This document shows positions 39,370 through 50,460 of a stretch of 64,000 nucleotides of DNA, one piece after another. Position numbers and translations under genes: made by a program. Below the pieces are notes generated by a model that had not been told where the DNA came from, made no database searches, and saw only the letters and a program-made list of their open reading frames with translations. The stretch comes from Mobula hypostoma (Eukaryota): the NCBI RefSeq assembly GCF_963921235.1, contig NC_086116.1:60266001-60330000 (forward strand), given 5' to 3'. How positions within the stretch are numbered: the first letter of the stretch is position 1; every line of letters starts with the position of its first letter.

Positions 39370-40432
39370 TTCAACAAAAGTATATTCCAGTCAAAAGAAA
39401 GGACAGACAGTAAGTGTGGGGAGAGCCAGCCTTGGATAATTAAGGAAATAAAAGATAAAAGTGTCACGCGTGGCCAAGTGGTTAGGGCATTGGACCAGCG
39501 ATCTGAAGGTTGTGGGTTCGAGCCTCGGCCAAGGAAGCGTGTGTGTCCTTGAGCAAGGCACTTAACCACACAATGATCCAGTCTGCCCAGCTGAGAATGG
39601 GTACTGGCAAAAATACTGGGGGTTAACCTCGTGATAGACTGGCGTCCTATCCAGGGGGGAGTCTCGTACTCTCAGTTGCTTCACGCCACGGAAACCAGCA
39701 TAAACACCAGCCCTATGGGCCACAAGGCTCGTGACAGACTTTAATTAAATTAAAAGCTCATGTACAAATTTGCAAAGTAGTGGGAGACTGGAGGATTGGG
39801 AAAACTTTAAAAAGCAACAGAGAACAACTAAACAAGAAATAAGGAAGGGGAAGATAGAGTATGAAAGTAAATTAGCACAAAATATGAAAACAGATAGCAA
39901 AGTTTTTATAAATATATAAAGCGGAAGAGGGTGGCTAAAGTCAATGTAGGTCCCTTGGAAGACGAGAAGGGGAAATTGATATTGGGTGTTAAGGAAATGG
40001 CTGAGGCATTGAACGACTATTTTGTATCGGTCTTCACGGTGGAGGACACGTCTAATATGCCAAAGGAGGATGATATGGATGAAATACTGAAGAATGGCAT
40101 ACTGAACATACTGAAGAAATTGTAGAGACATTGCCTCAAGATTCAAGGCAGAAGATTTAGGATAGAGATGAGGAGAAACTATTTTTCCCAGAGAGTGGTG
40201 AATCTGTGGAATTCTCTGCCCAGGGAAGTAGTCGAGGCTTCTTCACTAAATATATTTAAGATACAGTTAGATAGGTTTTTTACATAGTAAGGGAATTAAG
40301 AGTTATGGGGAAAAGGCAGGTAAATGGGGCTGAGTTTACGGACAGATCAGCCATGATCTTATTGAATAGCGGGGACAGGTTCGATGGGCCGGATGGCCTA
40401 CTCCTGCTCCTATTTCTTATGTTCTTATGTTG
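39370..40432 (+). mobile_element. CR1 LINE fragments (endonuclease-RT linker joined to 3' end), split by a SINE
   Basis: KEMAEALNDYFVSVFT in ORF 39931-40125; 40125-40430 closely matches the reverse complement of 54302-54603. Confidence 0.8.
39462..39750 (+). mobile_element. tRNA-derived SINE with clear A/B boxes, central gtgtccttgagcaaggcacttaacc domain and RTE-like tail
   Basis: A box tggccaagtgg, B box ggttcgagcc; possible TSD taaaag (39456-39461 and 39751-39756); tail recurs on the minus strand at 59067-59130. Confidence 0.8.
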
Positions 40433-40519
40433 TTCAATGGAATTTATCGTTTAATTTTATTGCCACAAAAGTTACAAAGCAAAAGCCTTCCACACTGCAG
40501 GCTTAGAGGTGAAAGCAAA

Positions 40520-40740
40520 CATGCACACACAAGATGATAGAGGAACTCAGGTCAGGCAGCATCAATGGAGGGGAAATAACAGTTGATGGTTCAGGCCAAG
40601 ACCCTTCATTGGGACTGCAAAGGAAGGAGGAAGATGCCAGAGGGAAAAGGAGGACAAGCTAGAAGGTGATTGGTGATGCTATCAGGGTGGGGAAGGTTAA
40701 AGGTTGATGAGAAGAAATCTGATGTGAGAGGAGATATGTT
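40520..40740 (-). mobile_element. PLE-derived pLTR fragment with degenerate hammerhead
   Basis: gcacacacaagatgatagaggaactcag...cagttgatggttcaggccaagacccttcattgggactg followed by a purine-rich body. Confidence 0.6.
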
Positions 40741-40933
40741 GGTGGTTATTGTCCCTTACACGTACATGTGAGTTTCATTGCAGAACTGTAGAGGCCAAAG
40801 TCATTCTTGCTTTTTTTGGAAGGTGGCAAGATTATTTGATGACAACTGGTATAAAAGCAAACAGCAATAGATGATATATGCTTATTGGTCATTCTAACAA
40901 TGCAATCCTGTAACACTGCCCTTTAGAGAATAT

Positions 40934-41036
40934 AAGCATGACTGAAGAGTGATCTTTACCTGACAAGTCGACTCTTTATTCCTTTTCATTGATGCTGCTT
41001 GACCTACTGAGTTCCTCCAGCACTTCATGTGTGTTA
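40934..41036 (+). mobile_element. PLE-derived short element with TSD, degenerate hammerhead
   Basis: ctgaagagtgatctttacctgacaagtcgact...gacctactgagttcctccagcac; 13-bp TSD ctttagagaatat at 40921-40933 and 41037-41049. Confidence 0.7.
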
Positions 41037-41782
41037 CTTTAGAGAATATGCTTGGCTGTGGAGAAAAAGCTTGCTTTATAGGAAGCTGTCACTTCAGCTT
41101 GGATAACTTCAACCCTTAGAATCTGGAATGAGAGGAGGAGGAGTTGGTATGGGGATCCTGCTGTTTTCTGCTCCCTACTGACAAAGGGCAGCAATGATCA
41201 ATCCAGTTTGTTATACTATAAGGAACAGTGAGCCTCATTTGTCCTCCCACTGGTTAGTGCTCATCTCCCACAGTGCACCAAAATGTCTTTCCTGAGAAAA
41301 GGAGGGGTGATTGATTCAAATATGAGTTTCTGACAGACGGGTTGGATGTGTCAAGCACTGAAGGATAGTGCACTTGTGGATCACCTGTGTGAGGGTCTAG
41401 GACTTGCAATCATTGCTTAAAAATGAGAGGATACCTATTTAAGACAGAACTTCCTCTCTGAGGGTAGGAATCTTTGAAACACTCTTTCTCAAAGGGCAAT
41501 GAAAGCAGAGACTGAATAGCTTCAAGGCAGTGGTAGATAGATTCTTGATCAGATTTGGTGGTGAAAAGCTCTCAGAGATAGGTGGGAATGTGAAATTGTA
41601 ATGTCAGGTCAGCTATGCTCTTCTTGAATAATAGAACAAGTTTGCGGGGCAGAATGGCCTCACCCTGCTCCTAATTCATTTATTCATGTTGGTAATTTTA
41701 GAACATTGTCAGGTCCTATTCAAATCTTAACAATATTGAAAAACTGTTTCATCAGTATCAACCCTTTTCAAACTCATACTTA

Positions 41783-42786
41783 GGGTACGTCCACACTACG
41801 CCGGATAATTTTGAAAACGAAGCATTTTCTCTTCGTTTTGCCCTCCCGTCCACACTGAGCCGGTGCTTTCAGCCCCCGAAAACGGAGATTTTCGAAAACG
41901 CTCTCCAGAGTGAATAAATCTGAAAACGCTTAATATCCAGCGTAGTGTGTACGGGGTAAGCGGAGAGATTTAAAAATGTTGTCGTGACAACACCACAATG
42001 CTTTTTCTGCTTCTGCTTGGTACTGCGCAAGCTGTTATAATGCACAGTCAGTGTGAACGGCGTGAGTGTTAAATTGTAAAGTGAGCTTTTTTGACTATTT
42101 AAAAGCGCTGTCATGACGTGCCAGAACAGATGTTTGTTGTTTTCTTGAACGCCACCACCTAACAATTTCAGAACAGATGGACGAGACTGAAGCCAGAAGG
42201 GTTAGAAATGTACTCACCAAATACTTTGACCCATAGCTTACTGAATAAATAAGTATGCTCACTTCGCCCTGTTTTCTGTCCTTGCTTGTATGGTGGTTTA
42301 CCTATTTATGCAAGTACTTCTCTGACAACAGATGTGTAACAGCCTAATGTAACATTGTATGGAAATACAAGATAACGCTGATGCAGACATTTTATACATT
42401 TAACAAGGTGTTTTATTAATGCAACAGAGTTAGACAGTTTTTCAATGTTCATCGTCAGCCAGGTCATACTGTCCGTGAACTCCCTGTCGGTTGCCTCCAT
42501 ACGCTCCAGTATTTGTTTTTTTTTGTTTTAAGTCCTCCTCACACATGAGCCAAGAGCAATTCCTTTAAAGTTTTTCCACTCTGTAACTGGACAAACGTGC
42601 ACGAAGTATACTGTTTCTTTTTCGCTTGTTTTCTGTGTGTCCTGCGCATGCCCAGTAGGAGGAGATTCGCCCAAATATCCGCCTAATGTGGACGGAGATA
42701 TTTTGAAAAACGCTTAGTGTGGACGCCTGTCGTTTTTACTCGAAACCGGCGTTTTCAAAATTATCCGGCATAGTGTGGACGTAGTC
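41783..42786. mobile_element. PIF/Harbinger non-autonomous DNA transposon (1004 bp)
   Basis: ~37-bp TIRs gggtacgtccacactacgccggataattttgaaaacg / cgttttcaaaattatccggcatagtgtggacgtagtc; 3-bp TSD TTA (41780-41782 and 42787-42789); subterminal gtccacact and gaaaacg repeats. Confidence 0.9.
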
Positions 42787-45614
42787 TTAGTGTTAGATAT
42801 TGTTTAGCTGTTTTTTCTCATTTAGCTATTCCAATCATTCTAGCGCTTGTGAATAAAACTGATAGAATCGTGCTACTTTTTCATTTGCCTGGGTCCAGGA
42901 AAGAATATTAGGAGGAAGATGATGCATTATTCAGCCTACTTTCTTTGTCCAGTTTAGGACCTTATGCAGGGTTCACACCTACCAATTCTCTAGCCTTACG
43001 TGAGCAAAAAGCTTTTGTCCCTTCCAGTTACTTGTGCAGAATACTCAGGTGAGACTTGCAAAGTACTTCAGTTGAGCAAGATCCTGTATTTTTTATTTGT
43101 AATGAGGGTTTTCCAGCTTATTGCTGTAGATATATTGCATTCATGATCACACAGCAGCATTGTTACTTTGCAAATCCTGGTGAATTTCATAAGATTTTTA
43201 ACTTCCTGTAGCAAGTTTCACTCAAAAATAAAAATTGAGCCAGTTCAATTCTTACAGAAAAGATGGTAAACCAAAATTCATGCTACTGCTTAGAGGGACT
43301 CATGGTTTATACTAATTTTTCAGCCTGTACTCTATTTTTGTCCAAATATAAAGGCACCAGCAGTTCCCCGTGTTTCACCCCAAATACTCACCTGTTATGA
43401 GTGTGACCACTTGAGCATTGGCAAGCTATTTAACTGTAGTGTGAATTAAACTCCAGTGTAATCTTTATAAACCTCAGGCCTTCCATCTCATGTTACATCA
43501 GCTGGTATTTGGTTGGCAATGAACATAAAGGAGCCCCAACATTTTATATACACTTACTGATGTGTGTAATTGAATATTTTGAGAGCCAATACTCTTGAAG
43601 GAGAGCATGCTATGTCCCCCCCACCCCGCCACCACACACACACACACGCTCACCGATTTCTGATTCAACCAGCGCACAATGATAAACAATAGGATGTGTG
43701 CTCAACCAAGATATAATGAAGAGTAAAATGAACTGGTATTGAACAGTTCTATTCAAGACATCAACGTATCTTAAAGCCAGATATAGCCATTGAAGTGGCT
43801 ATGAAGTGCCCTCATATTCTTAGACAGTCTCCTGGGTGTGGGGATTTCTTGCTTTCACTCTGGTTCTCTCATCACGTGAGACCAGCATATGACGGAATCT
43901 ACTTCTACGTATGAGGTCGGAAGTGGTTGATGAGGGTGGGCGAATGGGTTGGTTGGGAGGTACTATTCTATGTGCAAGTCTTCTGTGTACCCCTGAGGTA
44001 TGAACTCAGTTCTGAGTACCAATCTTCTCCAGTCTAAACATTAATGGGCCAGAGATTCCCAAGAGTCAGTGTGAATATTGCATCTTTTCCTTTCAAGTAG
44101 CCTTTGAGTGCATTCTTGAATCCTTCCCTCTCTTTGCCTGATACTCTCTTCACAGGACAAAGCTCAGAATATTGTTTCTGTTTTGGGAGTCTGACATTCA
44201 ACTATACTTACTTTACCTAATTTAGCTCATGCCTGGTTGCTGTCTTTGTTGACCATGAAGAAAATTCTGATTATCTTTCCCATGAATTTGGAGTGAAGTC
44301 AATGTTGGAATGCAGAAAACTGCCAAGCAATTTTCAAATGACATTGCTCCGCAAATGGTATAACCAGACAGTGCACCTCAATAGTCTTAATATGTATGGT
44401 GGGAAGTATGAGGAAAGCAAGATCAGCTACTTAAAGTGCAATGCTGTCAATTCATCTCAGGAAATCACACTGTACAGTTCATTGCTTATTTTTAAATTAA
44501 TGTGAATGGTTGGCAACACTGATTTCAGTGTTTCATTTCAGTTATTAAAGTTTAATTGTATTTTGAAAAATTGATTTTTGCAACTGTGCTTTGATGAGGT
44601 TGTCTGTGGCATTCCATATTGATTTCAGTGTGGAAATCTCATTCATGTAACAGATTTACATTAAACTGTTGAACTTTTGCAGATTGTTGGCTTTCCCCCA
44701 AGCCTGAGTTCAACGTGCTTGGCAAAAATGTTTTGGGCTAAACTGCCATCCATTTGGAAGGTGCACATTATATTCTTCAAAGTTTAAATACCAGTCAAGT
44801 TTCCAGTTCATCCATCTTTCACTTAAGACCCTGTTCCTGTATTGTACTATTCCCTGTTCTGTGATTGCTATGTACAAGGTGAATCATTTAATGCTTGCAA
44901 TCAATGTTAATTAATATAAATTGACTTTGAAAGAGAAACTGGTTTACCAGAGTTAATAATGGAACGGTCTCAATACTGGGTTCTTACAGGCTTTTAGTAT
45001 TAATAAGAGCACTGGTACACGAAAAATCAATTTAACAACAGTTCAACATCATTACAGCATTTAGATTATTGATAAATCTTAAAATAACAAAGTGGTCCCA
45101 TTGTAGGTGATTCCACTGATTAAACAGTGACAAACTTGTTACCAAAAGCTAAATATCTGATGTCTAATAAACTACATGGCAGCTGTAAGTTTCATTATCA
45201 ATATCAAAGTTCAGTTCATTCTTATTCTTCTAGAATCCAGTTAGGTTAGACTTTTTGTAATAGATGAGAATGAGTTACTTTTGCCAGAGAATATTTGTAG
45301 GAAGTTTTCATCACATGCTCAATTTGAACTGAACGCCATCTCGTTGAAGGGTAAACTTTAATAAGGTGGGAAACTACTAATATGTGTTGTGGAGTCATAT
45401 ACTAGTCTAAGTCACTATTGTTTGGATTCAGCCATCCTCTGTGGGTCAATCTGATATTTCTTTAATGATTTGAGTGTAATATTCAGTGAGGGAGCAGAAA
45501 CTACTAAAGAATTGCATCCTGCTTCACACTAGAGTTTCATTATATCATGCAATTACTGGACTACTCAGCACATTTCACTCTCATGTAGACGAAAAAGAAT
45601 GAAAAAAATACACA

Positions 45615-45868
45615 GTAACATAGTGGTTAGCATAATTCTGTTATGGCACCAGCAAACCGTGTTCAATTCTGCTGCCGCGTGTAAGGAATTTGTATGTTCA
45701 GTGACCCACATTCAATTCTGCTGCTTTCTGTAAGCCTCTTATATGTTCTTCCCCGGGGTGTGTGGATTTCCTCCGGTGCTCCAGTTTCCACCCACATTCC
45801 AAAGATTGGTCACACAGGCTCATTGGACCAGAAAGGCCTATTAATGTGCTGTATCTCCAAATAAATAA
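45615..45868 (+). mobile_element. HE1-like V-SINE with duplicated B-box segment
   Basis: catagtggttagcata...ttcaattctgctgc (twice)...ggatttcctccggtgctccagtttccacccacattccaaaga...gctgtatctccaaataaataaa. Confidence 0.7.
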
Positions 45869-45951
45869 AAATAGAAAAAAAGAACATAATCTGGATTGAG
45901 AATTCTGAAAGTGAGTACATTTGGAATTTATTTTGCATTATATATTTCTAT

Positions 45952-45976
45952 ACACACACACACACACACACACACA
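45952..45976. repeat. (AC)n microsatellite
   Basis: Direct reading. Confidence 0.9.
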
Positions 45977-46633
45977 GAATACTGTGTAAAAGTCATAGGC
46001 ACATAAACATATATATATCTAGAGTGCCTTTGACTTTTGCACAGGACTGTAGTTATTTTATGTATGGCACTGTATTACTACCACACAAAAGAAAAAAAAA
46101 ATCATGACATATGTAAGTGATGATAAACCTGACTCTGATGTGGGTCTCTATTGTGGACTGAGAGTTGGAAGGGAGCAGAGAGAAGGGAATCATGGTTGGG
46201 AAAAAGGGAAGGAAGTGGGAAGCACAAGAGAGACATTCTGTAATGATCACTAAAACAATTATTTGGAATCAAATGACCCTGCCTGGTGTCTCAGGGCTAG
46301 GGATGTCTGCACTCACACCCCCCCCCCCACTCCTTGTCCCACACCCCTCCTGTGGCACTCCACCCTCACCATTCCCAGCATTCTTTGCTCCCACCAGATT
46401 TACAAACTTGCTCTCCGCTTCACGTTGACAAATACAGTCCTGTGCAAAAGTCTTTGGCTCCCACCGGATTTACGAACTCGCTCTCCGCTTCACGTTGACG
46501 AATACAGTACTGTGCAAAAGTCTTTGGCTCCCTAGCTGTATATACTGAGGTATTATACTGCATTGCTGCCACAAAACAACAAATTTCACAACATATGTTA
46601 GTGATAATAAACCTGATTCTGATTCTCATTCTG
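45975..46633 (-). mobile_element. Second copy of the composite mini-MITE / LINE-tail / body repeat, with a 70-bp tandem duplication
   Basis: MITE at 45975-46050, LINE tail, body 46140-46432, MITE TIR at 46435 and 46505; same module order as 32682-35004 but in the opposite orientation. Confidence 0.6.
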
Positions 46634-46841
46634 ATAACAAATATTCCAGATGGCAAGATACTGAAAAGCATTGGCATGCAGAGAGACCTGGGTACCCATG
46701 TACACAAATTGCTGAAAGATAATAAACAGATAAAGCAAGCAATTACAATGAATGCAAATGACATGCTGTCCTTTCTTTCAAAAGGATATGAATAGAAGAG
46801 TTGAGATGTATTGTTTCATTGACGCAAGTTGGACTGGATCA

Positions 46842-48412
46842 ACTAAATTTCTGAGAGTTATATTTGATTCATGATTAACATGGGCAGACCATATCAGGAA
46901 AGTTGAGGAGAAATGTAAAAGAGTAATAAATGTGATGAGATGCTTCGCTGGTAAGGAATGAGGAGCAAGTTGTTCAGCATTGAAGAGAATGCATGTGGCT
47001 TTAGTAAGATCTGTGTTGGACTATGGAAATATAGCATATGGATCAGCAGCTAGGTCTGTTATAAGGAAACTGGATGTGATTCAAGCTCAGGCTTTGAGAG
47101 TGTGCAGTGGGGCTTTTAAAACATCACCAGTATCAGCCCTACAGGTAGAAATGGGAGTAATGCCTTTGGAACTAAGAAGGATGCAATTGATGGCAAACTA
47201 CTGGGCTAATTTGCAGAGGCACAATGATTCTCACCCTGCAAAAGGAGTGCTGGGAAAATGGGAGGTTTAAGAGGATAACTTTAGTTGGGTAGGGAATGAT
47301 ATTGCTAAAGAATATGGAGTGTTTGATCTAAGGATAAGTCCTTCAGTAGTTTATCCGGTTGTAGCTCCATAGAAGATTGGATGGTCTGACATAGACTAGC
47401 ATTTGTTAGAGATAAAGAGGAAAGGAAAATATAAAACTGATTTGGTAAGTGCATTTAACTGTCATGTGATGGAAAAGTATAGTGATTATACTCAGATTTA
47501 TACAGATGGTGCTAAGGAACCTGAAACAGGAATGACAGGGTTTGGGGTGGCTATACCAGCAAAAGAAATTGGAATCAGCAGAAGAACATCTAATAAGTTA
47601 GGGGTGTATACAGTGGAGATGCTGGCAGTGTTGGTTGCGTTGCGATGGGTGGAGAAAGCTAGACGAGTCAAAGTGTTGATATGCTGAGATTCATCCTCAG
47701 TTTTAGCAAGTTTAAGGTCTTTTCATTCAAACAGTCAGCAGGATGTACTTTATGAAGTCCTTCAGTCAGTCACAAGAATTGCAAATCAGAGAGGTCAGGT
47801 AAAATTTCTATGGGTTCCAGCACATGTAGAGGTGAAGGGGAATGAGAGGGTGGATGAGTTGGCAAAGAGGGCGTTAAAGAAAGAAAATATAGAAATGCAC
47901 ATTAGTATCAGTAAATCATATGTTAAGTGTGTAACCTGGGAAAAAAATCAACCAAATGTGGCAAGAAAGATGGGACAGGGAGGGGAAAGGGAAGCATTTA
48001 TATCAAATAGAAAAGAGTAGTGCAGGTACTAGGGTAGGTAGTGGATACAGAAGAGAGGAAACTGTGTGGACTAGGTTAAGGCTGGGGCACTGTGCGTTAA
48101 ACAAAACATTGAAAATGATATGGAAACACCAGACAGGATTGTGTGAGGAATGTCAGGAAGAGGAGTCAGTAGAACATGTACTTCTGAGTTGCAGGAAGTA
48201 TGGGATACAGAGGGAAATAATGAGAATTAATCTAAGGGAATTGGGGGTGCAGGAATTCACATTAAAAGGGTTGCTGGGCATGGGTGAGAGAGCTCAGGTC
48301 AGGGTATTTTTAGCTTTCTTAAGGAATACAGGGGTTTTTTATAGGATATGATGGATAAGCAGGAGTAGGGTACTAGGTTGGCCAAAGATGGGAGGATAAA
48401 GTGTAGGTTAGG

Positions 48413-48456
<44 letters not shown>

Positions 48457-48570
48457 TTGGCTGAAGGGATTTAGAATGTAAGTCTATTGCACACTCCAGA
48501 GCAGAAGGTGGCAGTAATACACCATTAAGCTGGGTGCCAACCGCCATAAAACAAGACGGAGAAGAAGAAG
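46842..48570 (+). mobile_element. I/Nimb-type LINE, 5'-truncated (RT end, RNase H, CCHC finger)
   Basis: ORF pieces RSVLDYG...GAFKTSPVSALQVE; RNase H IYTDGAK, EMLAVLVAL, WVPAHV, GNERVDELAK; RLRLGH and CEECQEEESVEHVLLSC; (GAA)n tail; near-TSD actggatca / actgtatca. Confidence 0.85.
48416..48455. repeat. (TG)20 microsatellite in the LINE 3' UTR
   Basis: Direct reading. Confidence 0.95.
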
Positions 48571-49294
48571 ACTGTATCAGTTATGTTGCTACTGAAATAA
48601 TTATGTGCTTACAATAAAGCGAGTGCAGGAAAGGGTAACCAGAATGATTCCTGCAAATCATTTTCTAGTATCTGTAAAATTATTAATGTTTATGATTCCT
48701 GCAAAGTTCTATTTGTTGTGCAATGAATGATTAAGCAGAGAAGCCTCAAATGGAGAAGACAGGAGACAATCACTTTTGTATTAAAGTCAGCAGTGTCAAG
48801 GTAGGAGTGTTGGTTCTCCTCTCTGAATGAGATTCACAGTCCTGAGGTAAAAGATTGGCCATTGAGGGTGGATGATTTCTTCATCCAGGCACAAATAAGT
48901 TTTTGCAGTTTTCCACCCAAGTGAGCTGCAAGTTTTTCCAGGAGAAACATGGATAGGTTTTTAGATATTTAGGAACTTAGAGTGGGATAGTGGCATTGAT
49001 GTAAATGGTCAGTGGTAATCTTATTGAATGTAGAGGAGACAAGAGAGCCCACTCCTGCTTCTGTCATATGTTTCTGCAATGCTTTCTGTTTTCAAATTTG
49101 TGCATTTCCTTTTATCCATGTACTTGCACATGTCTCTGCTTTCATTTTGATGGAGGTGGTCAAGGCTTGTGATATAGAAAGGAACTGGTGATGGTAATTA
49201 GTGGGTATTAGCAAAGTTAAATCTGCAATGTTTGGTATTCTTTAGAAAATTTACCAACTCCAACTGTTCCCATTGCTTGCTTAACACCTGCTTA

Positions 49295-49565
49295 AGGATC
49301 TCAACAGGTCGGGCAGCATCTAAGGAGGGAAATGAACAGTCAGACTTTCAGGCCGAGACCCATTAACAGGACTGGAAAGAACACTCCCCACCTTCTTTTT
49401 CTAACTTCTACCACCTTCCTTTCCAGTCCTGATGAAGCATCTCAGGCTGAAATGCCGATTGTTCATTTCCCTCCATAGATGCTGCCTGTCCTGCTGAGAT
49501 TCTCCAGCCCTGTTCTTTGTGTGTGTGTGTGTGTGTGTATTGCTCTAGATTTTCAGTGTCTGCAC
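49295..49565 (+). mobile_element. PLE-derived inverted-repeat element with two divergently oriented hammerhead-like motifs
   Basis: Minus-strand motif at 49337-49375 (core degenerate); plus-strand cagtc-ctgatga-agcatctcaggct-gaaa-tgcc-gattg at 49424-49461. Confidence 0.75.
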
Positions 49566-49933
49566 ACTCGTGCTCTAAGGATACTGTATTTCCAGCAAGA
49601 TATCATTACACAGAGCAGATGAAGGATTGAACCAAGTAAGAAGCAATGGCAAACCCAAGTAGAGGTTAATATATAAGACCATAAGACATAGAAGCAGAAT
49701 TAGGCCATCTAGCTCATCGAGTCTGATCTGCCATTCAATCATGGCTGATCTTCTCATCCTCAACCCCAAATCCTGGTCTTCTCCCCATAACATTTGATGC
49801 CATGTCCAATCAAGAACCTATCGATCTCTGCCTTTTTGGGTTTGCCATTGCTTCCTACTTGGTTCAATCATTTATCTGTTCTGTATAATGATAGCTTGCT
49901 GGAAATACAGTATCCTTAGGGCACAAGTGTGCA
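49561..49933. repeat. ~98-bp inverted repeat (49561-49658 / 49836-49933) enclosing a CR1 3' end
   Basis: tgcacactcgtgctctaaggatactgtatttccagcaag...gcaatggcaaacccaa versus ttgggtttgccattgc...cttgctggaaatacagtatccttaggggcacaagtgtgca. Confidence 0.85.
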
Positions 49934-50373
49934 TAGGGTAGATGGCAGGAGCAGATATGATAGATTATGTTTAAGAAATATTTCAACTGGCACCTGGGCA
50001 TACAGGGAACAGAAGAATTTGAACCATGACAAGATGGGCCAAAGGGCCTGTTTCTGTGCTATACTTTTCTATGACTCTGGCTACTACTCTCTGTGCCAGC
50101 AGATGGGATTAGATAGATTGGCAACCTGCTCATCACGTGGTGGTGGACTGAAGGACTTGTTCCTGTGCTGTACTCTAGGTTCTATTAAATGTTGATAGTT
50201 TCTCTCTGCAGATAATGCCTGTTCACAGGTATTACCAGCATTCTTTGTCTTAATTTCAGAACTGCCAGCCACTATAGCATTTTCCTTTTATTTCACTGAA
50301 GATTGAAATGTGTTAGTTGGTGGCATTTTCACTTTTTTTCCTTCTTATCCAAAACTGAAGCATAAATAAAGAC

Positions 50374-50460
50374 GCAGCACACACAAAATGCTGTGTTCAG
50401 GCAGCATCTATGGAAATAAGTAAGCAGTCGATGTTTTGGGCCAAGACCCTCTTCAGGACC
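50374..50460 (-). mobile_element. PLE-derived fragment with degenerate hammerhead
   Basis: gcagcacacacaaaatgctg...gcagcatctatggaaa...cagtcgatgttttgggccaagaccctcttcaggac. Confidence 0.6.

Noticed and set aside
39462..39535. Possible tRNA gene
   Set aside because: The tRNA-like head runs into a SINE body and tail with a possible TSD; no clear acceptor stem or terminator
43770..44420. Possible very old RTE-like LINE remnant
   Set aside because: Too degenerate to support boundaries or motifs by eye
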